Assembly: GCA_030537155.1 (NCBI GenBank)
Contig: JAUNOH010000008.1
Coordinates: forward strand, 4,557-68,556
Direction: 5' to 3'
Length of the DNA: 64,000 bases
Origin: Bacillota bacterium
GTDB lineage: Bacteria; Bacillota_I; Bacilli_A; RFN20; CAG-826
How positions within the stretch are numbered: the first letter of the stretch is position 1; every line of letters starts with the position of its first letter. Below, piece by piece: positions 1 to 9,442 of this stretch. Made by a program: the position numbers and the translations under genes. Below the pieces are notes generated by a model, which saw only the letters and a program-made list of their open reading frames with translations, searched no databases and had not been told where the DNA came from.

Positions 1-1709
1 AGAAGGGAGAACTTAGGGAGAGTCTCCTCACCATAGATGTAACTGCAGGTGTTCCTAAGGTTGGCTATAAATTGATTACCACTTTCCTTCGCGTCGATAA
101 GATCAAAGAAATTCCAAGGATCTACCTTGCCTTCCCCTTTTCTCACGGCCCAGTGGTTGCCTTGCTTTTGCCCGCCTATAGGCCCCACATAGTAAGGAAT
201 CCTATACCTCAGGAGGGAAACAATTTTGTATTCTTCTTTTTCCGGATTTGGGAATCCTTTGCCTTTCTCCAGCAAGAATGGATAGTGCTTCCCTTGCTTT
301 TCCAGGATGAGACGAAGCTCATTCTCGTTTAACTGATATGGGAATACGCCATTATCTTTATTGTTTTGTTTAGCGAGGAAGGAACCGTTCGCGATTCTAG
401 AGGATATATGCTCAAGCAATTTCCAGTTAGAATCGCCGCGATTGATTACCAAGCCTGTCCCAAGGTCGAGAGATTGAACATCTTCCTTCACCAAATCGTC
501 AAGTTTCAACGACTTCTTGATCACCTTAATAAATTCGATCCTATCGACCTTTTTTATCCTCTTAAACTTGCCGTGGACCGGTTTTCCGCCTTCGCTTGGA
601 AGATAGGTTCCGACGTATCTGGCATAGCTCGGCTTCTCCAGTGAATCCATCAGTTCGTATCTCTCGGCTTCAGGCAGAAGTTTCGAAGCCTTCTTTAAAT
701 CGCGCAAATCACGCTTGTGGGCCTCATATAGTTCAACCATAGCATCGGAAATGTGCTTTTTGCCTTTCAATAGCCTGGCAAGAACCCTGTAGTCATAAAC
801 CTGTTTCAGTTTGAGAACCACGGCCAATTCGGAATCCGTCAAATCGACTTCATTCAATTTGTCCTCGAAGTCTTCACTGTCGAACTTAAGTTTGTCTTTT
901 AGGTTATCCTTGTCTTCCTTAAGCCTGGGGAAAACATCGAAGATTTGTACCGTATTGCCATTGAAGGCCTTTATAAAGGCCTCCATGCGTTTGTCTCCCG
1001 AAGCAACGGGGGGAAGAATCTTTTTTATTCCCTCCAGTCTCTCAGATACCCCTATCTCCTTTTTGAAAATATCCAAAAGTTTCTCGGCTTGGGCCTTAGA
1101 CAATTTAAATTGTGGGGCGTCTTCGTCTACATCTCCATCGAATCCTCCAAGTTGAGATTCGATTAGGCAGGCGTCGAGATCGTCGAAAAGTTCCTTCAGC
1201 TCATCCGCAGAATTACCAACATTCTCGATTGTGCCTTCCTTAAGGAAGTTTCCACGATATTTGATCATGTGGGCAACGGCAAGATAGATTAGCCTGAGAT
1301 CGAATTTTTCCTCATTCTCAAGCAGGGCCTTGCGAAGATGGTAAATGGTGGGGTATTTCCTAAAGTATTCAGCTTCTTTTTGCTTACTCTCGAAAATCAA
1401 AGCCGGTTTGCTGTCCGAGAAGACATAGGAGCATTCCAACCTATTGAAAAAATTGCGATCAACCTTATCCATTCCGGGGGCAAAGATAGATTGAAGCAAA
1501 ACTATCCTTTGCTTTCTTCTTGCAAGGCGACGTCTGGCAGTGCGATGGGCGCGTCTATCAGCCGCGGTTTGAGCCTCATCGAAAAGCCTTACTCCCCAAA
1601 GGTGTTTTCCCCTTTTTCTGATTAATTCCTTCTCCTCATTGGTTACGGCAAAACCGACGGAGTTGGTTCCTATATCCAACCCAAGATAGAATTTCTCGAC
1701 TTTTGACAT
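1..1709 (-). CDS. cas9: Type II-A CRISPR-associated endonuclease Cas9, 5' part (runs off the window edge)
   Basis: ATG at 1709 behind SD GGAAGGGA reads MSKVEKFYLGLDIGTNSVGFAV (RuvC-I). It continues with an Arg-rich bridge helix, YPTIYHLR...YLAVAHMIKYRGNFL and, in the same frame near the edge, RIPYYVGP. Absent from the ORF track because no stop lies in the window. Confidence 0.96.
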   Translation of the reverse strand, partial: MSKVEKFYLGLDIGTNSVGFAVTNEEKELIRKRGKHLWGVRLFDEAQTAADRRAHRTARRRLARRKQRIVLLQSIFAPGMDKVDRNFFNRLECSYVFSDSKPALIFESKQKEAEYFRKYPTIYHLRKALLENEEKFDLRLIYLAVAHMIKYRGNFLKEGTIENVGNSADELKELFDDLDACLIESQLGGFDGDVDEDAPQFKLSKAQAEKLLDIFKKEIGVSERLEGIKKILPPVASGDKRMEAFIKAFNGNTVQIFDVFPRLKEDKDNLKDKLKFDSEDFEDKLNEVDLTDSELAVVLKLKQVYDYRVLARLLKGKKHISDAMVELYEAHKRDLRDLKKASKLLPEAERYELMDSLEKPSYARYVGTYLPSEGGKPVHGKFKRIKKVDRIEFIKVIKKSLKLDDLVKEDVQSLDLGTGLVINRGDSNWKLLEHISSRIANGSFLAKQNNKDNGVFPYQLNENELRLILEKQGKHYPFLLEKGKGFPNPEKEEYKIVSLLRYRIPYYVGPIGGQKQGNHWAVRKGEGKVDPWNFFDLIDAKESGNQFIANLRNTCSYIYGEETLPKFSL

Positions 1710-1736
1710 CTTATTTGTCCCTTCCTATAATGAGAG

Positions 1737-1826
1737 AGGTTTAGCAACACTTGGTTCAAATAAGCATTTGCCTAACCTTAGCGTGAATTGACACGCGATT
1801 GGCCCTCAACGGGGCCTTTTTCTTTT
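1737..1826 (+). ncRNA. tracrRNA
   Basis: Divergent from cas9, with TATAAT at 1726-1731. Contains an anti-repeat-like GTTTAGCAACACTTGGTTCAAATAAG, a short nexus-like hairpin, a GCGTG/CACGC hairpin and a GGCCC/GGGCC + T-run terminator. Ends approximate. Confidence 0.8.
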
Positions 1827-1943
1827 AATAAATTATATGGCCGGGAGCAGGTTCCGAAAAGGAATAAGGGATAATTTCTTAATAGAAAACATCCTCATTC
1901 TGTTTGATGGGTAGATTATGACTACGGTTTGAATTATCCAAAG

Positions 1944-1971
1944 AAAAAGAGCCGTTTTCCGACGGCTCTTT
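1944..1971. terminator. Intrinsic terminator after the four-gene reductase operon
   Basis: AAGAGCCGT-loop-ACGGCTCTT hairpin with flanking A/T runs. Confidence 0.75.
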
Positions 1972-1977
1972 CCTTAG

Positions 1978-2661
1978 TTATTCCGCTTTCGCTTCTTTCG
2001 GTGGCTGGCTGCCATCCATCTTGAAATCGGCTAGGCCATCTTTATGGAGGAGCAAGGCGCCCACGAACAGGGCCCCGCATCCGATGATGTTGACCCCCTC
2101 GGCGATCCAATTCCAGTAGGCCTCGGAGAAATCCTGGCTGGATAGATAGCCCATCCCGAGGCAGAAGACGAAGCTCACGACGAATAAGGGGATATAACGC
2201 TTCCTCTTCATCATGACGCAGACGAAGATGAGCCCGGCATCCAATAGCCCCAAGCCGATGCACATGAAGGCCACGAATAGCATCGTGCCGCTCCAGACGA
2301 CGGGGGCGAGGAAGGAGGCGGCCACCATCGGCTTCTTCCTTCCGGTTATGATGAGGGCCAAAGCCCCGGCCCCCGCCAATAGGAAGGCGAAGGATTGGAC
2401 GGGGAAGAACATCTCGTTCAAAGGCGAGAAATCGCAGATATTCGCGGCATATAGCAATTTCCAAGTCGCCTTGCAAAAGCCGGCCAGCACATTGAAGATG
2501 AAGCCGGCCGCCATCAAAGAATAGGCGACTCTCCCGGCCTTGTTATGGAGGTCACGGAGCAATAGGAAGGCCGCGCAACCATAGAGGATGACCGGGATAT
2601 AGTCGCAGAGGGCCATCCCGATGCTGAAGTCATTGGCCGCCTCATCAGCTAGGATCCACAT
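1978..2661 (-). CDS. Polytopic membrane protein of unknown function
   Basis: About 7 hydrophobic segments; overlaps the upstream gene end. Confidence 0.75.
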   Translation of the reverse strand: MWILADEAANDFSIGMALCDYIPVILYGCAAFLLLRDLHNKAGRVAYSLMAAGFIFNVLAGFCKATWKLLYAANICDFSPLNEMFFPVQSFAFLLAGAGALALIITGRKKPMVAASFLAPVVWSGTMLFVAFMCIGLGLLDAGLIFVCVMMKRKRYIPLFVVSFVFCLGMGYLSSQDFSEAYWNWIAEGVNIIGCGALFVGALLLHKDGLADFKMDGSQPPKEAKAE

Positions 2662-3475
2662 CTTTGTCCCCTCCTTCTTTCTTGCTCAGGTGATATAAGG
2701 GGATTAACGGAATGATGATCGGGGTCTTATTCGCATACTCGTTATACTCCGGGTCATCGCCATAACGCTTCATCTGGCGCTTCTCGAGCCTCTGGGCCCC
2801 GTTGAACATGATGTAGATTATGCAGACCAAGGCCAAGACGGCGATGATCCACTTGAAGGCATCGTCATAAGAGGAGATGCCACCCACGAAGACGCCGACC
2901 CAGAACAATATCTCGCCGAGGTAATTCGGGCAGCGGCACATCCTATATAGCCCCTTGGTGGCCACCATGTTGGGATTGGCCTTCTTCTGGGCGGATTTTT
3001 GGAAATCGGCCACCGTCTCAAGGATGAGGCCCAAAGCCGAGATGCCGGCGCCCACCAAAGGCAGGATGATATCCTCATACCCGAACATATGGCGGAATAG
3101 CATCGGGGAGACCTGCATGGTATATAGCAAAGCCACCACGATCCAGACGGTGATGGAGACGAAGATGGGGATCTTCTTCTCCCCCACGGCCTCCTTCATC
3201 GTCTTCTTGTAGGAGGCGGATTTAATCTCCCTGGCAAGCAAGAATCCGGATAGCCTGGCCCCATAGAGGACGAAGAGGGCCATCTGGATGGCCGATAGCC
3301 ACACCAGTTCATTGTTCCAGCCGCACGCCAAAGCCATCACGAAGATGGCGATGCCACCGCCGGCGATGGCAAAGCCATAGCCGATGGAGAGGAAGTAGAC
3401 GAATTTCTTAAAACCGACGGCCGAGCAGAGGATGGTGACCCCCAAGACGATGGCCAGGGCGATCCACATGCTCAT
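2645..3475 (-). CDS. DUF1295 / steroid 5-alpha-reductase-like membrane protein
   Basis: E..AD.QK and GLY...R.PNYLGE..FW.G motifs; start MSMWIAL overlaps the upstream stop (ATGA). Confidence 0.8.
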   Translation of the reverse strand: MSMWIALAIVLGVTILCSAVGFKKFVYFLSIGYGFAIAGGGIAIFVMALACGWNNELVWLSAIQMALFVLYGARLSGFLLAREIKSASYKKTMKEAVGEKKIPIFVSITVWIVVALLYTMQVSPMLFRHMFGYEDIILPLVGAGISALGLILETVADFQKSAQKKANPNMVATKGLYRMCRCPNYLGEILFWVGVFVGGISSYDDAFKWIIAVLALVCIIYIMFNGAQRLEKRQMKRYGDDPEYNEYANKTPIIIPLIPLYHLSKKEGGDKDVDPS

Positions 3476-4332
3476 TTGCCTTCCTCCTTGGCAAAGCTCT
3501 TCTTGATGTATTCGGCAAAGCTCATATCGCCATAGACGGTGTCGCCGACCATGTCCTCGCTCATCGTCCACTTGCCGAATTTGATGACCCCGGCTTTGCC
3601 GGTTTTCTTAATCTTGGCGAAAAAGGCCAGCATGTCGAATAGCCAGGCCGGGGCTCTTTTGACGACGACCGGCTTGCCGGCGGCTTCGAAGCAAAGCTCG
3701 GCGATCTGCTGATAGGAATAGGTTTCCTTGCCGCCCACGTTATAGGTCTTATCATCCTCATCCATCATGTGGAGGACGATGAACTCGGCGAAATCCTCAG
3801 TCGAGATGACGTTCGCATGGACGTCTTTCTTGCCCAAGAGGGTCACTTCCCCCTTCTCCACCATCGGGCGGAAAACCTTGACGATGTCATAGAAATAGCC
3901 GGTCGGGCGATGGATGACGTAATGGATTCCGCTCGCCTTGAGCTCCTTCTCGAACTTGGCCTTGGCCGCCAGCATCGGGATGCCGGGCGCCTTATCGGCC
4001 TTGATGACGGAGACGTAGCTGAAATGCTTCACCCCGGCCTTTTTGGCCTCATTTAATAGATTGAGGTTTCCCTGATAATCGATCTGCTCGGGGGTGATGG
4101 TTGGGCTCCCTTTGGTCAACCCGACCGTGGTGATGACGGCATCGGCCCCATCGCAAAGGCCCTCCAATGTCTCGGGGGTGGTGACGTCGATGGGGATGAA
4201 GGTGATATCGCCTTTGATGTTTGGATCCGTCTGCTTGAGGTCGGCGGCGATGACCTGATGGCCATCAGCGGCCAGCTTCCTCAAAATGTCGATGCCTAGG
4301 TTACCGTAGGCTCCTGCCAATACTACTTTCAT
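3472..4332 (-). CDS. Atypical SDR, NAD(P)H-binding (NmrA-like) oxidoreductase
   Basis: MKVVLAGAYGNLG Rossmann motif, IDYQGNLNLL..AK.AGVKHF, RPTGYF. Confidence 0.85.
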   Translation of the reverse strand: MKVVLAGAYGNLGIDILRKLAADGHQVIAADLKQTDPNIKGDITFIPIDVTTPETLEGLCDGADAVITTVGLTKGSPTITPEQIDYQGNLNLLNEAKKAGVKHFSYVSVIKADKAPGIPMLAAKAKFEKELKASGIHYVIHRPTGYFYDIVKVFRPMVEKGEVTLLGKKDVHANVISTEDFAEFIVLHMMDEDDKTYNVGGKETYSYQQIAELCFEAAGKPVVVKRAPAWLFDMLAFFAKIKKTGKAGVIKFGKWTMSEDMVGDTVYGDMSFAEYIKKSFAKEEGK

Positions 4333-4343
4333 GTTTGATTCCC

Positions 4344-5291
4344 CTATTTCTTGTTCTTTTCCTTCGAGCGTTTGTCGTTGATGATCTTCATGTGCTCGGC
4401 GGTAATCAGTTCGACCCCGTTTTCCTTGGCCCACTTGACGCAGCCCTTCAAGACGAGGGGCAGGAAGACGCGCGGGACGTTGAGGATGGTTTGTAAGGCG
4501 TCATCGCTGAATTTGACTTTGTCATCGACCCGATCGGCCGCGTATCTGACCGATTCGAGGCTCGATTTCCTGATGGGGAGTAGTTCCGCCCTCATCCGGC
4601 ACTTCTTGTGGAACCAGAAGTTTTTGGAGTCGCGGTAGCCATAATCGACTGGGAGGGCGGGGAAATCCCTGGCCCTGACCCCATTGATGATGGCGTCCGA
4701 GTACTTCTTCTTCATCAGGATCCTGTCGATCTTGAGGATGAAATGGGCCCCGAATTGGCTGGTGATGCCGTTGAAGTCATGATAGGGGCCTTCATAGCCA
4801 TGTAACTCACCGGGTTTGTCGTTTTCGGCGTGGTCCAATTCTTTGACCCAGCTGCACTCGATGACCTGGATGGCGTTGGTCAATACATCCGGGCGGACAT
4901 CCTCTGGGTTTTCCTCAGAGATCTGGGATTTCTCCATCAGGAAGATCTTCTTTTTGTCGACTCTGGCCATCTTATCCTTCGACTCATCGCCGGGCCAAGA
5001 TAGCTTGACGGCCTCCTTGAAGAACTTCGGGTCATCGGGGATGAAGTTTATGGCGCATTTACCGTTACGGAGGATATTCTGGGCGGTGTTGGAGGAGTAA
5101 CGGCAGCAAAGAAGCATCGCGTAAAAATCCTTGCCCGCGACATAGTAAGGTTGGACCAATGAATAGGGTCCCAGGTTGGTGGAGCCATCGGGGTTGATCG
5201 TCGAGATCACCACCGTCGGCATCGGGAAAAATAGGGACGTCTGATAAAAATTATCGACGATCCTAAGGTTTTCAAAGCTGCTGATCTGCAA
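4344..5291 (-). CDS. Flavin-reductase-like (FMN split-barrel) protein with a short C-terminal PCP_red-like helical domain
   Basis: P.PTVVIST...G..NLGPYS...SNTAQNI..NG...INF; C-terminus FSDDAL..ILNVP.VF.....KGCVKWAKENG..IT.E. Start uncertain (see findings). Confidence 0.65.
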   Translation of the reverse strand: MQISSFENLRIVDNFYQTSLFFPMPTVVISTINPDGSTNLGPYSLVQPYYVAGKDFYAMLLCCRYSSNTAQNILRNGKCAINFIPDDPKFFKEAVKLSWPGDESKDKMARVDKKKIFLMEKSQISEENPEDVRPDVLTNAIQVIECSWVKELDHAENDKPGELHGYEGPYHDFNGITSQFGAHFILKIDRILMKKKYSDAIINGVRARDFPALPVDYGYRDSKNFWFHKKCRMRAELLPIRKSSLESVRYAADRVDDKVKFSDDALQTILNVPRVFLPLVLKGCVKWAKENGVELITAEHMKIINDKRSKEKNKK

Positions 5292-5656
5292 CTCCTTTCA
5301 GTATTTCGGTATTTCGTTACCTATAGAACAATTATAGTCCTTTAGTTCGAAAAGTATATTCATATTTTGTTAACGTGACAGGGTTTAGAACCAATGCGAA
5401 AAAGATGAGCTTTTGTCGCAAAATATTTTCCTCAGCCTCACTGGTTTTTCGGCGTTAGTAAGCCTTGCCCTGGCGCCCTTGGGTCTATTCGTCCGAAAAG
5501 CTAATCTGTTCATCGCTTTAGTATCAGAATTTCATTTTCTTACGGCACTTTTTCATTATTGCCGAATTTCGTTAAAAGATTCCCCACGCTTATTGCCTGC
5601 AATGATATATTTTAAATACACTAATTTAATTAGTTGTGTATTATTATTTTAGAAAT

Positions 5657-6259
5657 ATGAGCAAACTTGATGCCGCAATAGCCGTGCTTAAAAGTAACGG
5701 CGGAACCGCCAAAACCAATGATTTCATTAAGAATGGAATCTCCGCTTTGGACGTTGCCAATTTTTGCAAAGCCGGATACCTAGAACGTATAAGGCACGGA
5801 CATTACTGTCTTCCCGGTGTGGAAATAAGCGAGGAAAAGCTTTTGGCCGTCACCATCCCCGAGGCCATAGTCTCCCTCGAAAGCGCCCTATTCCATTATG
5901 GATATAGCGATTTCACCCCCAGGAAATGGTCGATTGCCGTGCCTAGGAGCTTTTCCAGATCCAAACTAAAAGGAAACCCTCTTCCCCTAAAGGTCAATTA
6001 CGTCAAAGATGACCTCTTTGATCTCGGCAAAGATATCGGCGATTTCAACGGCTTTCTCCTTCCAGTATACGACCGGGAAAGGACGATATGCGATCTGTTC
6101 AAATATCGGGGCAAAATCGACGATGAGACCTTTGCCAAAGCCCTCCACTGTTATACTAAGGATGAGCACAAAAACCTGACTAAACTCACGGAATATGCCA
6201 AACAAATGGGGGTATATAAGAAAATGTTCGATGTGATTGGGGTTCTTCTCAATGGGTGA
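5657..6259 (+). CDS. abiEi: Type IV TA antitoxin AbiEi family
   Basis: N-terminal wHTH (G.LERIRHGHY), SLESAL..YG.SD..P, VYD.ERTICD. Confidence 0.88.
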   Translation: MSKLDAAIAVLKSNGGTAKTNDFIKNGISALDVANFCKAGYLERIRHGHYCLPGVEISEEKLLAVTIPEAIVSLESALFHYGYSDFTPRKWSIAVPRSFSRSKLKGNPLPLKVNYVKDDLFDLGKDIGDFNGFLLPVYDRERTICDLFKYRGKIDDETFAKALHCYTKDEHKNLTKLTEYAKQMGVYKKMFDVIGVLLNG

Positions 6260-7158
6260 TGCCGCAGCATCCGTTTTGGCACGCTTGAAAAATAAGGCGA
6301 TAGAAACAGGGAGAAGTTATCAGCTTTGCCTCCAACTGTTTTGCCAAGAAGAGTTCGTACGTAGGCTGGAAAAATCCAAATATGCAGACAACTTTATTCT
6401 TAAAGGTGGTCTTTTTCTATATACAGCAACCGGATACGATAGCAGAGTCACGGTCGACATCGACTTCCTGCTCCGCCAAATGCCTGGGTCTCCGCAGGAA
6501 CTAAGGCCCATAATCGAGGAAATAATATCCGTAGAGACGGGCAATGATTTTGTCTTCTTTGAGATAAAAGAATTGAGGCAAATCGCCCTTATGAAAAAGT
6601 ACCCAGGCATCGGGATTTCCCTTCTCGCTCGAATCAAAAACACAAGGACGCCGATTAATATTGATTTCGGCATTGGCGACATCATAGTTCCATCACCGCA
6701 AAAGCTAAGGATGCCCACTCAGCTTTCCGATTTCGAATCGCCAATCGTAAACGCTTATTCTATAGAAACGACGATTGCCGAAAAACTCGATGCAATTTTG
6801 GATTTAATGGAATATTCCAGCCGTATGAAGGATTACTACGACATCTATTACATAGCCAACAGCTTTGATTTTGACGGCAATATCCTTTCTCAGGCCTTGG
6901 CGAAGACTTTTGAAAACCGCGAGCATCATTTCGACACGCAGCAATTTGACAACATCATTAGGTTTTCGGAGAATGAGGCAATGAATAAAAAAATGGGCGG
7001 CATTTGTCAAAAGAACCGACGTAAAGACTGATGACTTTCAGACAGTGCTAGAAGCCATCAATAAATTTCTTGCCAAGCCTTTTCAATACGCAATTGAGAA
7101 TAAAGGATTTTCTGGAAGGTGGTTAGCCACCGATCGATGCTGGGTCTTTCGCAAATAG
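6252..7158 (+). pseudogene. abiEii: AbiEii nucleotidyltransferase toxin with +1 frameshift at an A7 run (6987-6993)
   Basis: ILKGG, R.T.DIDF, E.IAEKL and SRMKDYYD motifs. Removing one A restores KKWAAF...VL..I..FL..P...W to TAG at 7156-7158. Confidence 0.82.
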
Positions 7159-7283
7159 GAATCTCTATCCCGCACAAAGTTAATAAAAACAGGGCATGCT
7201 GCCCTGATTTTTCCCCACGTTTTACCGATGGGGAAGAATTATGTGATTCGGACAATCCGGATTCATTCGATGAATGCTGTGTT

Positions 7284-7360
7284 TGGCGCGCCCGGAGGGA
7301 CTCGAACCCGCAACCCCCAGATTCGTAGTCTGGTACTCTATCCAGTTGAGCTACGGGCGC
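7284..7360 (-). tRNA. tRNA-Arg(ACG)
   Basis: Cloverleaf GCGCCCGTAGCTCAACTGGATAGAG...CTACGAA...GGTTCGAGTCC...GCGCCA. Confidence 0.97.
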
Positions 7361-7362
7361 GC

Positions 7363-7436
7363 TGGAGCATCCGCCCGGATTTGAACCGAGGGTCAGGGAG
7401 TTGCAGTCCCTTGCCTTACCACTTGGCTACGGATGC
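7363..7436 (-). tRNA. tRNA-Cys(GCA)
   Basis: GCATCCGTAGCCAAGTGGTAAGGC...CTGCAAC...GGTTCAAATCC...TCCA, U73 discriminator. Confidence 0.96.
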
Positions 7437-7567
7437 GCGAGCAAGATTATAGCATCCCCCGACGGGGTGTAAAAGAAGCAAATCCCCGTCACAATGCGCG
7501 CGCAATATAAAGAAAGAAAAGCATCCCCGGAAAAGGAGGACCAGGGATGCTTTGGTGATGGTGAATA

Positions 7568-8282
7568 TCAGGACATGCTGACGGTGATGACGCCGGCCTC
7601 TTCCGCCCAGGTACCGGAGAAATCGGTATCGGAGAAGGGTCCGAAGCCATCGATGGTCATCTCGGCCGTGTAGTCGATTAATAGTTCGAGGACGCCGGTG
7701 ACCTTTTCGCCCATGCCGCCCGAGCCGGAGAGGGTGTAGCTATAGCTGGAGCCCTCATTCGGGGTGTCGAGCTCCGTCATGGCGCAGGTGATCGCGGTGC
7801 CCATGGCGCTGATGACGACCTTGCTATCGGCCACCGAGACCGAAGTCAGGGTGATGGTTGGGCTGCCGCCTCCACCGCCTCCGCCCGGGAAGCCACCCGT
7901 CTGCTCGCTATAGCCATCGGACTGGCTCTCCTCGGCGGTGAGCTCATCGATGTCGAAGGACTCGCCGGAGGCTTCGGAGTTGGTGACGTATTCGCTGCTG
8001 GATTTAGCGACCGAGGTAACGGTGTAGCTATGGCCAATCTGGAATTCCTCGCTCTCCTGATAGTTATATTCGGAGCTCGTGGAGATATCAGAGCTGGCGA
8101 AGGTGACGGTGATAGTAGAGCCGTCGGCCTTATCGGTGGCGGTGACCACCACCTCATCCGGCACCACCTCGGTGGCGTAATCGGCCCCGTTTTTGAGCTG
8201 GATGCTCATGGCTGAGCCGTCCCACTTATACTCGATCTCAGGAGCGCTTAAGGCGCCGGAGACCGTGTAGTAGAGAAAGGAA
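7568..8282 (-). pseudogene. 3' remnant of an acidic Ser/Thr/Gly-rich extracellular protein gene
   Basis: Open frame extends upstream of Met 8209 (SFLYYTVSGALSAPEIEYKWDG) and meets a response-regulator fragment; no signal peptide or RBS left. Confidence 0.6.
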
Positions 8283-8408
8283 GGCGATGGAGGCCCCGTA
8301 GCATTTGACGTCGAAGGCGATCGAAAGCTCCTGGCCCAATATCTCCAGGCTCTCCTTCAGCCTTTTTTGGTCTTTTTCGTCATCCTCGACGATGGCTACC
8401 CTGATCAT
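8238..8408 (-). pseudogene. 5' fragment of a response regulator receiver domain (LytR/AlgR-like)
   Basis: MIRVAIVEDDEKDQKRLKESLE...FDVKCY...AFL, then similarity is lost before the phospho-acceptor Asp; stops after 56 aa. Confidence 0.72.
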
Positions 8409-8595
8409 AATCGTCCAAATATTATCGAATTGCTGTAATTATACCGCGAGAAAAATAAAAGAAACCCCTATGGGAGGAGCCATAGAAAGCGCCCCACCAC
8501 CGCGACTGCTGTGTCAGTGAGACAAAAATATGTAACCGCTTTCGCGTATTTCAATATAAAATTAATGAATATTCAAGGAGATAAAAAACCAAATC

Positions 8596-9354
8596 ATGTT
8601 CAACTACGAAAATCAGGTAGTCGTCATCACCGGCGCTTCCTCGGGTCTCGGCTCCCAGATGGCCGAAGGCTTTGCCAAGCAGGGCGCCGATCTAGTCTTA
8701 TTGGCCAGGAGGGTTGAGAAACTCGAGAAGCTGGCCGCCGAACTCAGCAAACTCGGCGTCAAGGTCCTCCCCATCGGCTGCGACGTCACCAAAGTCCCCG
8801 ACATCGAGAAAGCCGCCAAGGAAGTCGAGGAGAAATTCGGCAAGGTCGACGTCTTGGTCAACTGCGCCGGCAGCGCCAAAAACGCCGGCGTCCTCGATAT
8901 GACCGACGAGGAATGGGACTTCACCATCAAGACCGACATGGACAGCGTCTTCTACGTCACCAGGGCCTTCGGCAACATCATGAAGAAGCATAACTACGGC
9001 CGCATCATCAACATCGCCTCGATGTACGGCATGGTCGGCAACATGGCCATGGGCACCATCGCCTACCACACCAGCAAGGGCGGCGTCGTCAACTTCACCA
9101 GGGCGGCCGCCAGCGAACTCGCCAAGTACAACATCACCGTCAACGCCATCTGCCCGGGCTACTTCGACACCGAATTGACCCACGAGACTTTGATCACCGA
9201 CGCCTTCACCGCCTATATGAAGGCCACCGTCCCGATGGGCCGTTATGGCTATTCGGGCGAGCTAAACGCCGGGGCCATCTTCCTCGGAAGCAAGGAAGCC
9301 TCCTACGTCACCGGGGTCATCCTCCCGATCGACGGCGGCTACACCTGCTGCTAA
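8596..9354 (+). CDS. Classical SDR oxidoreductase (gluconate 5-dehydrogenase/FabG-like)
   Basis: TGASSGLG, NCAG, YHTSK, VNAICPG, IDGG. Confidence 0.92.
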   Translation: MFNYENQVVVITGASSGLGSQMAEGFAKQGADLVLLARRVEKLEKLAAELSKLGVKVLPIGCDVTKVPDIEKAAKEVEEKFGKVDVLVNCAGSAKNAGVLDMTDEEWDFTIKTDMDSVFYVTRAFGNIMKKHNYGRIINIASMYGMVGNMAMGTIAYHTSKGGVVNFTRAAASELAKYNITVNAICPGYFDTELTHETLITDAFTAYMKATVPMGRYGYSGELNAGAIFLGSKEASYVTGVILPIDGGYTCC

Positions 9355-9442
9355 TCCCCCCACTCCAGCAAGGCCCCCTATGTGGGGGCTTTTCTTTTGC
9401 CCATATCGGTTATAAAGTTAGTCCGAGCTTACAGGAGTCTAT

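Noticed and set aside
72-1625. Five plus-strand ORFs in the ORF track
   Set aside because: Antisense shadows of cas9
7119-7452. ORFs overlapping the tRNAs (also 11107-11529, 28891-29214, 59206-59484)
   Set aside because: Translations of tRNA antisense strands with no coding signals
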